Shown piece after piece: positions 27,047-36,404 of a DNA stretch of 64,000 nt. Numbering within the stretch: position 1 is the stretch's first letter; every line of letters begins with the position of its first letter. Where the stretch lies: assembly GCA_905479625.1 (NCBI GenBank), contig CAJQNF010000061.1, forward strand, positions 807 to 64,806, written 5' to 3'. This DNA is from an uncultured Flavobacteriaceae bacterium. Lineage in GTDB: Bacteria > Bacteroidota > Bacteroidia > Flavobacteriales > Flavobacteriaceae. The notes below the pieces were generated by a model, which did no database searches, was not told the origin of the DNA, and worked only from the letters and a program-made list of their open reading frames with translations. A program made the translations under genes and the position numbers.

Positions 27047-28768
27047 TTAAGCTTTATGATTCTTTTTAAATTCCTTTGCGGCATGATTTGCGGCTCTTGC
27101 TGTTAAGGCCATATAGGTCAAGGATGGGTTTTGACATCCGGAAGAAGTCATACAGGCACCATCTGTAACATAGACATTAGGAACCGTATGTATTTGATTA
27201 TATTCATTCAAAATGGACGTCATTGGATCTCGACCCATAGGTGCACCTCCCATTTCATGAATGGCCAAACCCGGAGCAAATTGATTAGGATTGTCAAAAC
27301 CCATCACTTTTGTATGCCCAGCAGCCTTTAGCATGGCGATCGCTTCTTCTTGTATATCCTTGCGCATTGTCTTTTCATTCTCCTTAAACTCTACGTCAAA
27401 ATCAACTGTTGGAAGTCCCCATTGATCAAGTTTCTCATAATTCATGGAAATCTTATTATCATGATAAGGCAAACATTCTCCAAAACCAGAGATCCCAATG
27501 ACCCAAGGCCCGGGTTTTATTAAATCGTCCTTTAACGATTGTCCATAACTCATTTCTGCCACACCTCTTTGCCAGTTCCTTCTGCTCGCAGCTCCTTGAT
27601 ATCCAAAACCCCTAATATAATCCGTTCGTTTTGTTTTTTCGTCTAGGTTTCTGAATCTTGGAATATACATACCTCCAGGTCTTCTTCCAATATAATAATC
27701 GTCCTGATGTTCTTCCACCAAAGCATAGGCGCCAACTCCAAGATGGTGGTCCATAATATTATGGCCAAGTTCTCCACTGTCATTGCCCAAGCCGTTTGGA
27801 AATCTTTCTGATTTTGATTGCATCAAAATCGCGTTTGAAGCAATCGCAGAAGCACAGCAAAAAATAATCTCAGCCTCAAAAAATAGTTTTTCTTTCGTTT
27901 CCGTATCGATAACTCTTACTCCTGTAGCCTTTTTACTTTGGTCATCATAAACAATCTCATAGGCTATTGAGTTAGGTCGGAGCGTCATATTCCCGGTTCG
28001 TTCGGCCGCCGGTAACGTTGAAGCATTACTACTAAAATAACCTCCAAACGGGCAGCCCCGCATACAGCGATTTCGAAATTGACACTTACTTCTCCCTTCA
28101 TGCTCTGCATCACCCGTAATATGAGCAACTCGACCTTGTGTGATCACTCTGCCATCCATTTTCTCCGCCACTCTTTCAGCAAGATCAGCCTCTACACAAT
28201 TGAATTCTAGTGGCTCTGAAAATTTTCCATCCGGCAATTGTTCCAAGCCCAAATTGGTTCCGCTAACCCCAATGTACTCTTCCACTTTATCATACCAGGG
28301 AGAAATATCTTTATATCTTATGGGCCAGTCTACGCCATGGCCGTCCTTTTTATTGGCCTCAAAATCCATCTCACTCAAACGATAAGAATGCCTGCCCCAG
28401 GTAAGAGATCTTCCTCCTACATGATAACCTCGCATCCAGTCAAATCTCTTGGTTTCTGAATAAGGGTGATCTATATCGTCAACAAACCAATGTTTGGTCT
28501 CTTTTGCAGTTGTATAACCTGTTCTTGATTGTTTTTCCTGTCTTTTTGCCTCCTCTACGGACAACTTGTTACGATGCTTAAAATCCCAGTTTTCTTTGTG
28601 CATTGTCGGATAGTCAACAACATGCTTAACCATTCGTCCTCTTTCTAAGACAAGCGTCTTAAGTCCATTCTCACATAGTTCCTTGGCCGCCCATCCTCCG
28701 GATATTCCGGTACCTATTACAATGGCATCATAACCATTTAACAGGACCTCATCTTGTTCTTCATTCAT
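27047..28768 (-). CDS. GMC family FAD oxidoreductase (sugar dehydrogenase flavoprotein subunit)
   Basis: GTGISGGWAAKEL FAD motif, CQFRNRCMRGC Fe-S-like motif, HEMGG, NPSLTYMAL. Confidence 0.92.
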   Translation of the reverse strand: MNEEQDEVLLNGYDAIVIGTGISGGWAAKELCENGLKTLVLERGRMVKHVVDYPTMHKENWDFKHRNKLSVEEAKRQEKQSRTGYTTAKETKHWFVDDIDHPYSETKRFDWMRGYHVGGRSLTWGRHSYRLSEMDFEANKKDGHGVDWPIRYKDISPWYDKVEEYIGVSGTNLGLEQLPDGKFSEPLEFNCVEADLAERVAEKMDGRVITQGRVAHITGDAEHEGRSKCQFRNRCMRGCPFGGYFSSNASTLPAAERTGNMTLRPNSIAYEIVYDDQSKKATGVRVIDTETKEKLFFEAEIIFCCASAIASNAILMQSKSERFPNGLGNDSGELGHNIMDHHLGVGAYALVEEHQDDYYIGRRPGGMYIPRFRNLDEKTKRTDYIRGFGYQGAASRRNWQRGVAEMSYGQSLKDDLIKPGPWVIGISGFGECLPYHDNKISMNYEKLDQWGLPTVDFDVEFKENEKTMRKDIQEEAIAMLKAAGHTKVMGFDNPNQFAPGLAIHEMGGAPMGRDPMTSILNEYNQIHTVPNVYVTDGACMTSSGCQNPSLTYMALTARAANHAAKEFKKNHKA

Positions 28769-28924
28769 CTTTTCAACTCAAATTTTTAAAACCATCTATT
28801 TTTATCACTTCTGTCAAATGCAAAGTACTTATATCCCAATTTTCATTTGTTCACAATTCTTCACTGAAAATTTCCAAACAGGAACAAATCAAATGATGAA
28901 TTTTCTGAAACAAATGAAGCCAGA

Positions 28925-29437
28925 TTATACATATCGTTCCTGGATTATTTTTAAATGATGCAGTACATGACCACTGCATATAAAACCCAGAGCCCTTACA
29001 GAAATTGAATTGCCTTCTACTGTACCTTTTATATCCAAAATTTCCTCATCAAAATCCTGAAACATCAGGATGGTTGACCTTCTTAACAAACAAAACTCAT
29101 CCAACAGCGTATTAAAATCCCGCTTATTGATATCGTAATTTGAAACATAGGAATTTTCCTCATACCCCATCAATGGTGTGGCATCTTTTCTTGAAAACCT
29201 GAGAGATCTGTATACAAATACCCGTTCCGCATCGATCAGGTGCTGAACCACCTCCTTTAAGGTCCATTTCCCGTCTTGGTAACTGTATTCATATTTCTCT
29301 TCATCAACCTCGTAAAGAATTTGCTCAAAGAGTTCAAGGGAAGCTTCCAAATGTTGAAACAGACTTGATTCCCCATCCAGAATTTCTATATAAGGCTTGT
29401 AAAAAACAGGATATTCAATTTTTTGAAGCTTAGTCAT
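28925..29437 (-). CDS. DinB family protein
   Basis: GKWTLKEVVQHLIDAER...GHVLHH. Confidence 0.88.
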   Translation of the reverse strand: MTKLQKIEYPVFYKPYIEILDGESSLFQHLEASLELFEQILYEVDEEKYEYSYQDGKWTLKEVVQHLIDAERVFVYRSLRFSRKDATPLMGYEENSYVSNYDINKRDFNTLLDEFCLLRRSTILMFQDFDEEILDIKGTVEGNSISVRALGFICSGHVLHHLKIIQERYV

Positions 29438-29539
29438 AGGCACATTAATACATTTAATCCGCGCTAATTTAACTAATTCCTGCTAATCGTAAATATGGAT
29501 GTGAAAAATATAGTTTTAACGTTAAAATTTTTACCGTAT

Positions 29540-30727
29540 CTATTGACCTAAAAGCTGATAAGACTGTATCGCAATTTCAATTTCCTCATTGGTAGGAATG
29601 ATCATGACCTTAACAGTTGAATTGATCGCTTGAATCTCTCTTGTCTCCTTTCTGCGCAAACCGTTTTTCTCCAAATCCAGTTGTATTCCCATAAAGTCCA
29701 GGTCCGAACAAATCAATTTTCTGAGAACATCAGAATTTTCCCCTATCCCGGCAGTAAAGACTACTGCATCAAGACCGTTCAATACGGCCGCATAAGCGCC
29801 AATATACTTTTTTACTCTGTAAGCATTGATTTTAAGCGCTAGAATACATTTCTGATCTCCTTCTTCCGCCTTCATCTCAATCTCTCGCAGGTCACTGTAT
29901 CCGGTAAGACCGAACATACCGCTCTCCTGCTGTAGAATTCTCATTACCTCTTTAGAACTATAGCCTAGTTCATCCATCATATAAAAGATCACTGACTGGT
30001 CAATATCCCCACTACGGGTGCCCATCACCAAACCATTCATGGGTCCAAAACCCAGAGAGTGTTCAATACTTTTACCATTTTTCACCGCTGTTATACTACA
30101 GCCATTTCCAAGATGAACCGTGATGATCTTAGATTGGTCCTTTTTTAAATATTCAATAGCCTGCTGCGAAACATATTTGTGGCTGGTTCCGTGAAAACCA
30201 TAAGTCCTTATTTGATTTTCCAGATAGAATTTTTCGGGTATGGCATAGCGAAAAGCTTCCTCAGGTATACTTTGAAAAAAAGCGGTATCAAAGACCGCTA
30301 TTTGGGTCGCACGTTTAAATATTTTTTCAGAGACCTCAATTCCTTTAAAGTTATGAGGATTGTGCAAAGGTGCCAGACTAAACAATTCCTTGATTTTAAC
30401 TTTGACCTCTTCATTGATTACAACAGTTTGAGAAAATGAGCTACCCCCATGCACTACTCTGTGACCCACTGCATCTATTTCATCTGCATTTTTCAGGAGT
30501 CCTGCCGAAGGTTCAAGAAGTAATTTCGCAACCAATTCCAAGCCTTGCTCATGATTAGAAATCTCTCTGATTTGCTCAAAATTATTTCCATTAACATGTA
30601 GTTGCACCTTAGATTGGTCGAGTCCAATTCTTTCAACCATCCCTGAAGCCAAGACTTTTTTCTCAGGCATCTCTATCAATTGAAACTTAATAGAAGAGCT
30701 TCCCGAATTGATCACTAATATTTTCAT
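29540..30727 (-). CDS. ackA: Acetate kinase
   Basis: VINSGSSSIK, GHRVVHGG, YGFHGTSH, FTAGIGEN motifs. Confidence 0.96.
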   Translation of the reverse strand: MKILVINSGSSSIKFQLIEMPEKKVLASGMVERIGLDQSKVQLHVNGNNFEQIREISNHEQGLELVAKLLLEPSAGLLKNADEIDAVGHRVVHGGSSFSQTVVINEEVKVKIKELFSLAPLHNPHNFKGIEVSEKIFKRATQIAVFDTAFFQSIPEEAFRYAIPEKFYLENQIRTYGFHGTSHKYVSQQAIEYLKKDQSKIITVHLGNGCSITAVKNGKSIEHSLGFGPMNGLVMGTRSGDIDQSVIFYMMDELGYSSKEVMRILQQESGMFGLTGYSDLREIEMKAEEGDQKCILALKINAYRVKKYIGAYAAVLNGLDAVVFTAGIGENSDVLRKLICSDLDFMGIQLDLEKNGLRRKETREIQAINSTVKVMIIPTNEEIEIAIQSYQLLGQ

Positions 30728-30844
30728 AAGTATGGTTCTGTTTGACATTAATTTAGACTTAAAAGAATTCTTGAATATACACTACCTCCCCGAAAAATTC
30801 ATTTAAAGTTACTTTTTTGGATATGTTCTACCAAACCCTGCATC

Positions 30845-32932
30845 CTATTGTGCCTGAATCGCTGTAATGATAACAGTGTTGAATATATCGTCAACTGTGC
30901 AACCACGACTCAAGTCGTTTACAGGTTTATTCAAACCCTGTAGCATCGGTCCGATAGCAATAGCCCCCGTCTCTCTTTGAACGGCCTTATAGGTGTTATT
31001 TCCTGTATTAAGATCTGGAAAGATCAAGACACTGGCCTGACCTGCCACTTTTGAATTGGGTAGCTTTTTCTTACCAATGTTGCTATCTACTGCTGCATCG
31101 TATTGAATAGGACCTTCTATTTTAATATCAGGACGAAGTTGTTTTACAATTTCAGTAGCCTTCCTCACTTTGTCAACATCCGCTCCTTGGCCCGAAGATC
31201 CTGAAGAATAGGAAAGCATCGCTACTTTAGGTTCTATGCCGAATGCTGCACTGGAATCAGCAGAAGAAATAGCGATCTCTGCCAATTGCTCAGCAGTTGG
31301 ATTCGGGTTGATTGCGCAATCACCAAATACCGAAACCCTGTCATCGAGACACATAAAGAATACTGAGGAAACGACAGATACGCCCGGTTTGGTTTTGATA
31401 AACTGCAGGGCTGGTCGTATCGTATGCTGGGTAGTATTCACGGCACCTGAAACCATCCCGTCGGCATGACCTTTATACACCATCATCGTTCCAAAAAAGG
31501 ACACATCCTGCATCATATCATTGGCCATCGTCATATTGATATTTTTGTGCTTTCTCAATGCATAAAAAGTATTGACATAATCTTCAAATTGAGGAGATGA
31601 CACAGGATCGACAATATGTACCTTATCCAGATTCATGCTGATTCCCAATTCCTTGATTTTATCTTGAATACTTCTTTTGGAACCCAACAAAGTGATCTCT
31701 ACAATATCGAGTACGGTCAAACGAGCGGCAGCCAATAAAATTCGCTCATCGGTACCTTCAGGTAATACGATATGTTTTTTGACCTTCTGTGCTTGTTTAA
31801 GAAGATTATACTGAAACATTCTAGGTGTCAATCCTTTAGGCTTGAATGTCAGGTATTTTCTAATTAAATTAGCAATATCGACATGTTTATCAAAAGTATT
31901 GAGAGAGGTGTAAATACGCTGGTCATTGGTCGGATAAATATGCGACCTGATTGCTCCAATCTTATTAGCCACTTCAAAAGTTCCTTTCTCAATAGCGAGA
32001 ATTGGCACTACTTCCTTTAAGCCCTGAATCAATTTCATAATAGATTCCTCAGGAATCAAGCCACCTGTTAGCAAGATCCCGGCAATTTTTGGGTAATTAT
32101 CAGATATACTAGCCTGAAGCGTACTAAGAATGATATCAGCTCTGTCACCTGGTGTAATTACAAGGCAATTTGTTTTAAGATGGATCAGGAAATTTCTTAA
32201 TTGCATCGCTCCTACCGCCGATGTCTCTACCTGGTTATCAAGCTGAGCTTCCCCAATCAGTATATCAGCCTTTAGATTATCTACAATCTCTTTAATGGTA
32301 GGGTTGTTCAGGCTTTTGATCATAGGAATTACCCCGATAAATATCTTTTCTTCCACCGCATCTTCTAATGTCTTGGAAACGGTATCAATTTGACTTTCTT
32401 CTACTTTATTGGCAACGATACCCAGTACCTTTACTTCTTTGTCAAGAAAGGAATCATAGGCCAGATGAAGATTAGTAACAAGTTCATCCAGGCTTTTATC
32501 TTTCCCTGATCCCACCAAGATAACCGGTATCCCCAGATTTTTTGCAACCACCGCATTAACATCTAACTCTACAAAAGCTGCTTCACCGGAAAAATCTGTA
32601 CCCTCAACCAGGATAAAATCAAATTTATCTTCAAGCTCTTTATATTTTTTAATAATAATATCGAGTATTTCCCCTTCGTGCCCTGTAGTTTTTTTCTGAA
32701 TCACTTCAGCTCCTGTCAATGCATAACAGTCCTCATAGTCCATTTCTAATTTAAAATGTGACAATACAGTCTCTATATGGTTATCCCTTTTTGACTTATC
32801 CGTTACCTCTATGATCGGTCTGAAATAGCCTACCTTTTTCGTTCTCCCAAGAAGAATACCCATCAACCCTAAAGTCATTATTGATTTTCCACTTTCAGCT
32901 TCTACGGTAGCGATATATATGGCTCTGCTCAT
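30845..32932 (-). CDS. pta: Phosphate acetyltransferase (long form with DRTGG domain)
   Basis: TPGDR, PEGTDER, GNNTYKAVQR, PVNDLSRG motifs. Confidence 0.96.
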   Translation of the reverse strand: MSRAIYIATVEAESGKSIMTLGLMGILLGRTKKVGYFRPIIEVTDKSKRDNHIETVLSHFKLEMDYEDCYALTGAEVIQKKTTGHEGEILDIIIKKYKELEDKFDFILVEGTDFSGEAAFVELDVNAVVAKNLGIPVILVGSGKDKSLDELVTNLHLAYDSFLDKEVKVLGIVANKVEESQIDTVSKTLEDAVEEKIFIGVIPMIKSLNNPTIKEIVDNLKADILIGEAQLDNQVETSAVGAMQLRNFLIHLKTNCLVITPGDRADIILSTLQASISDNYPKIAGILLTGGLIPEESIMKLIQGLKEVVPILAIEKGTFEVANKIGAIRSHIYPTNDQRIYTSLNTFDKHVDIANLIRKYLTFKPKGLTPRMFQYNLLKQAQKVKKHIVLPEGTDERILLAAARLTVLDIVEITLLGSKRSIQDKIKELGISMNLDKVHIVDPVSSPQFEDYVNTFYALRKHKNINMTMANDMMQDVSFFGTMMVYKGHADGMVSGAVNTTQHTIRPALQFIKTKPGVSVVSSVFFMCLDDRVSVFGDCAINPNPTAEQLAEIAISSADSSAAFGIEPKVAMLSYSSGSSGQGADVDKVRKATEIVKQLRPDIKIEGPIQYDAAVDSNIGKKKLPNSKVAGQASVLIFPDLNTGNNTYKAVQRETGAIAIGPMLQGLNKPVNDLSRGCTVDDIFNTVIITAIQAQ

Positions 32933-33070
32933 TTCTTAAAAATTTTGACAAAGATACTTATCTAGATAATTATAAGAGCCTTTTTAGACTAACTTTTGTA
33001 ACTTAATTATTGATAAACACAAGATTAAATAACTAAATTAGCCAAGCTCTTAAATTTATCATTGTATTAT

Positions 33071-34306
33071 ATGAAAACCTTATTCTTCAACATCAAAGAA
33101 CTCATTCAAGTAAGAGATCAGTCAATTATCAAGGTAGCTGGAGCTTCAATGAAGGAACTTCCATGCATTAAAAATGCCTTTCTCAGAATTGATAACGAAC
33201 GAATAGATGATTTTGGACCAATGTCTGAGCTCAAGGATTTCAATGCAGATCAAGTTATCGATGCCAGAGGCCATAGTATTCTTCCGGCCTGGTGTGATTC
33301 ACATACCCATATTGTTTATGCCGGACATCGTGAAACAGAATTTGTCGATCGTATCAACGGACTCAGCTATGAAGAGATCGCTTCACGTGGAGGTGGCATA
33401 TTGAATTCAGCAAAAAAACTGCAAATCAGTTCTGATCAGGAATTATTCGAACAATCCTCTCAACGACTTGAAGAGGTTATGAAACTTGGTACGGGAGCTG
33501 TTGAGATTAAATCGGGCTATGGTCTTACGGTTGAATCTGAAATAAAAATGTTAAGGGTGATCAAATCACTGGCCTCTTCATTTCCGATAACGATCAAAGC
33601 GACCTTTTTGGGAGCGCATGCATTTCCTTCAGGTTTTAAGGACAATCCGGATGGCTACATCAAGCTGATCTGTGAAGAAATGATTCCTGAAGTTGCGGAA
33701 CAGCATCTGGCAGAATATATAGATGTTTTCTGCGAATCGGGCTATTTTAATGTGGAACAGACAGAAAAAATACTCAAAACCGGGAAAAAGTTTGGTCTTA
33801 TTCCTAAAATCCATGTCAATCAATTTAACAGTATAGGTGGCGTGCAAGTCGGCGTAGCGAACAAAGCCTTAAGTGTTGATCATTTGGAAATCATGAAGCA
33901 GGAAGATATTGATGTTTTAAAAGAGACTGACGTGATGCCTGTTGCCCTTCCCTCATGCTCCTATTTCCTGAGCATCCCCTATACTCCGGCGAGAAAAATG
34001 ATAGATGAAGGACTGGCCTTAGCCTTGGCGACTGATTTCAATCCGGGATCAACTCCGAGCGGTAACATGAATTTTGTGGTATCTACAGCCTGCATAAAAA
34101 TGAAAATGACGCCAGAAGAAGCGATCAATGCCGCGACTATTAATGGTGCTTATGCTATGGGTATCAGTTCATCACATGGTAGCATTACAAAAGGTAAATT
34201 TGCAAATCTTATTATGACGAAAGATATTCCTTCTTACCATTTTATACCCTATGCATTTGGGAGTAATTTAATAGAAAAGGTAATGATAAAAGGGACTTTT
34301 TTATAG
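33071..34306 (+). CDS. hutI: Imidazolonepropionase
   Basis: DSHTH, EIKSGYGL, DVFCE, SVDHLE, ATDFNPGS motifs. Confidence 0.95.
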   Translation: MKTLFFNIKELIQVRDQSIIKVAGASMKELPCIKNAFLRIDNERIDDFGPMSELKDFNADQVIDARGHSILPAWCDSHTHIVYAGHRETEFVDRINGLSYEEIASRGGGILNSAKKLQISSDQELFEQSSQRLEEVMKLGTGAVEIKSGYGLTVESEIKMLRVIKSLASSFPITIKATFLGAHAFPSGFKDNPDGYIKLICEEMIPEVAEQHLAEYIDVFCESGYFNVEQTEKILKTGKKFGLIPKIHVNQFNSIGGVQVGVANKALSVDHLEIMKQEDIDVLKETDVMPVALPSCSYFLSIPYTPARKMIDEGLALALATDFNPGSTPSGNMNFVVSTACIKMKMTPEEAINAATINGAYAMGISSSHGSITKGKFANLIMTKDIPSYHFIPYAFGSNLIEKVMIKGTFL

Positions 34307-34361
34307 AGGTTAAAGACCTATAAAACAAGCTTGAATATAATAAACTATTAAAAATTTGACA

Positions 34362-34856
34362 ATGAATAAGCTAGTTACAGCGATCATCGATCAAATGGAA
34401 CAAATTCATCAAGGTAACGGCTGGATCGGTGTTAATTTTAAAAAAAAAGTAAATGACCTTACTGACATTGAATTCTTTCATCAGGTAAAAGGTATGCACA
34501 GCATAGCAGAAATTGTCTCTCATCTCACAACCTGGCGGCTTGAAACCATCCTAAAAGTAAAGACCGGCAAAGGAAGTATTACAGATGACGACCCAAGTAA
34601 TTGGAAGCCTAATATGGTATTAAAACAACTAGGAAAGGAAGAAATTCTTTTGAAGCATCATGAAAGCCTGTTGAAACTTGTCAAGTTGCTCAAGCAAAAA
34701 AATGACGATTTTCTTAGTGAGATGTATTATGATACGGATTTTCAAAGCAAGTATCCCTATTCTTTTCTAGTTGAAGGAATGCTGCATCATGACATCTATC
34801 ACTTGGGGCAAATAGGGCTTTTGATCAAATGCCTTACATCAGATTCAGGAAAATAA
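34362..34856 (+). CDS. DinB family protein
   Basis: HSIAEIVSHL...HHDIYHLGQI. Confidence 0.85.
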   Translation: MNKLVTAIIDQMEQIHQGNGWIGVNFKKKVNDLTDIEFFHQVKGMHSIAEIVSHLTTWRLETILKVKTGKGSITDDDPSNWKPNMVLKQLGKEEILLKHHESLLKLVKLLKQKNDDFLSEMYYDTDFQSKYPYSFLVEGMLHHDIYHLGQIGLLIKCLTSDSGK

Positions 34857-34948
34857 AATGAGGGTATTAAAAGTCCCAAAGCTTCTACGTCCCTCCTATT
34901 GGTTTAATATATTTCTTCGTAAATTTGCAAACTTAAAACGATAAAAAC

Positions 34949-35818
34949 ATGTCGGAAAATTCTGTAATAGTACCAAGAACTAAAAAACCGGACTGGCTAC
35001 GTGTAAAACTTCCTGTCGGAAAAAAGTATACAGATCTAAGGAGTTTGGTGGATAAATATAAATTGAACACTATTTGCACCAGCGGAAGTTGCCCTAATAT
35101 GGGTGAATGTTGGGGTGAAGGTACTGCTACGTTTATGATACTTGGTAATATTTGTACACGTTCATGCGGATTTTGCGGGGTTAAAACCGGGAAACCTGAA
35201 ACTGTAGAATGGGATGAGCCGGAAAAAGTAGCGCGTTCGATATATTTAATGGAAATTAAACATGCGGTGATCACCTCAGTAGACAGGGATGATCTGAAAG
35301 ACGGTGGGTCAATAATTTGGGCAGAAACCGTTGAAGCCATTAGAAGAACTAATCCGAATACGACATTAGAGACATTGATACCGGATTTCAGAGGAATGAA
35401 AAACAATATTGATCGAATTATTGACGTAGCACCAGAAGTAATATCTCATAATCTTGAAACAGTAAGACGTTTGACAAGAGAAGTCAGGATACAGGCTCAA
35501 TATGACCGAAGCCTTGAAGTCCTTGCCTACCTAAAAGATTCAGGCCAGCAAAGAACAAAATCAGGAATTATGCTTGGTCTTGGAGAAAAAGAAGAAGAAG
35601 TTATTGAAACGCTTCATGACCTGCATAAGGCAAAGGTCGATATCGTTACCATAGGTCAATATTTACAGCCAAGTAAACAGCACCTTCCTGTACATGAGTT
35701 TATCAATCCTACTCAATTCGATAAGTACAAAGAAATTGGGCTCGAACTTGGATTTAAATACGTTGAAAGTGGGGCATTGGTTCGCTCCTCATACAGGGCT
35801 GAAAAGCATTTAATATAG
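34949..35818 (+). CDS. lipA: Lipoyl synthase
   Basis: CX4CX5C and radical-SAM CX3CX2C motifs; RSSY. Confidence 0.97.
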   Translation: MSENSVIVPRTKKPDWLRVKLPVGKKYTDLRSLVDKYKLNTICTSGSCPNMGECWGEGTATFMILGNICTRSCGFCGVKTGKPETVEWDEPEKVARSIYLMEIKHAVITSVDRDDLKDGGSIIWAETVEAIRRTNPNTTLETLIPDFRGMKNNIDRIIDVAPEVISHNLETVRRLTREVRIQAQYDRSLEVLAYLKDSGQQRTKSGIMLGLGEKEEEVIETLHDLHKAKVDIVTIGQYLQPSKQHLPVHEFINPTQFDKYKEIGLELGFKYVESGALVRSSYRAEKHLI

Positions 35819-35831
35819 AAAATCGTTCAAA

Positions 35832-35878
35832 TTAACATATGATTAACAGGAATTCGATCAATTTGGTATAGATTTTGA
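35832..35878 (+). promoter_or_regulatory. Sigma54-type -24/-12 promoter with upstream TTAACA-N5-TTAACA box (unit 1)
   Basis: TGGTAT-AGATT-TTGA (GG 35865-66, N10, GA 35877-78); TTAACA at 35832 and 35843. Confidence 0.55.
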
Positions 35879-35889
35879 TGTTAAGGTTA

Positions 35890-35975
35890 TGAATCAAGAT
35901 TTCCCATTAATTTTGACTTCGAATGATTAATTTTGAGTTAGTAAGCTAAAAGCACCTCTTTAAAGGGGTGCTTTT
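35890..35975 (+). ncRNA. Putative small RNA, paralog 1 of 3
   Basis: 5' hairpin 35891-35920, invariant 27-nt core 35923-35949, terminator AAAAGCACCTCTT/AAGGGGTGCTTTT 35948-35975. Confidence 0.72.
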
Positions 35976-36096
35976 AAGTTATAATAGATTCAACAATTCC
36001 ATAATTTCTAATAATTCTTTTTTCCAGTTATGAATTATTAAAAAATGCTATTGTAAATATTAGTCTGAGTGCCATTTTTAATAAAAAACCCATTTC

Positions 36097-36142
36097 TTAA
36101 TAAAATTTTAACATTTTCAATCGATTTTGGCACAAGATTTGT
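36097..36142 (+). promoter_or_regulatory. Sigma54-type -24/-12 promoter with upstream TTAATA-N5-TTAACA box (unit 2)
   Basis: TGGCAC-AAGAT-TTGT (GG 36129-30, N10, GT 36141-42); half sites at 36097 and 36108. Confidence 0.65.
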
Positions 36143-36152
36143 TAATTATACA

Positions 36153-36242
36153 GTGAAGCAAAATTCCCCACTAATTTTGTTTTCATTATGATTAATTTTG
36201 AGTTAGTAAGCTAAAAGCACCTTTATACTGAGGTGCTTTTTT
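36153..36242 (+). ncRNA. Putative small RNA, paralog 2 of 3
   Basis: 5' hairpin 36154-36185, core 36188-36214, terminator AAAAGCACCT/AGGTGCTTTTTT 36213-36242. Confidence 0.75.
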
Positions 36243-36369
36243 CATTTCTATATCTTATTAAATTATTTAATCAAATTTACTTATTATCTATCAACGAATC
36301 TCATTAATGAAGATATCCGTAATAAAAATGACCGTAACTATATGTTTTATTAATTTAATTACTTAATTA

Positions 36370-36401
36370 TTTGTGAATACAACAATAATTTCTTAATTTC
36401 G
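36370..36401 (+). promoter_or_regulatory. Bacteroidota sigma70-type promoter (unit 3)
   Basis: TTTG (36370-73), N20, TAATTTCG (36394-36401), close to TTTG-N19-21-TAnnTTTG. Confidence 0.5.
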
Positions 36402-36404
36402 GTG

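Noticed and set aside
28772-28786. Minus-strand AATTTGAGTTG upstream of the GMC gene resembling the repeat core
   Set aside because: Only about 8 nt identity in AT-rich DNA, with no hairpin or terminator context.
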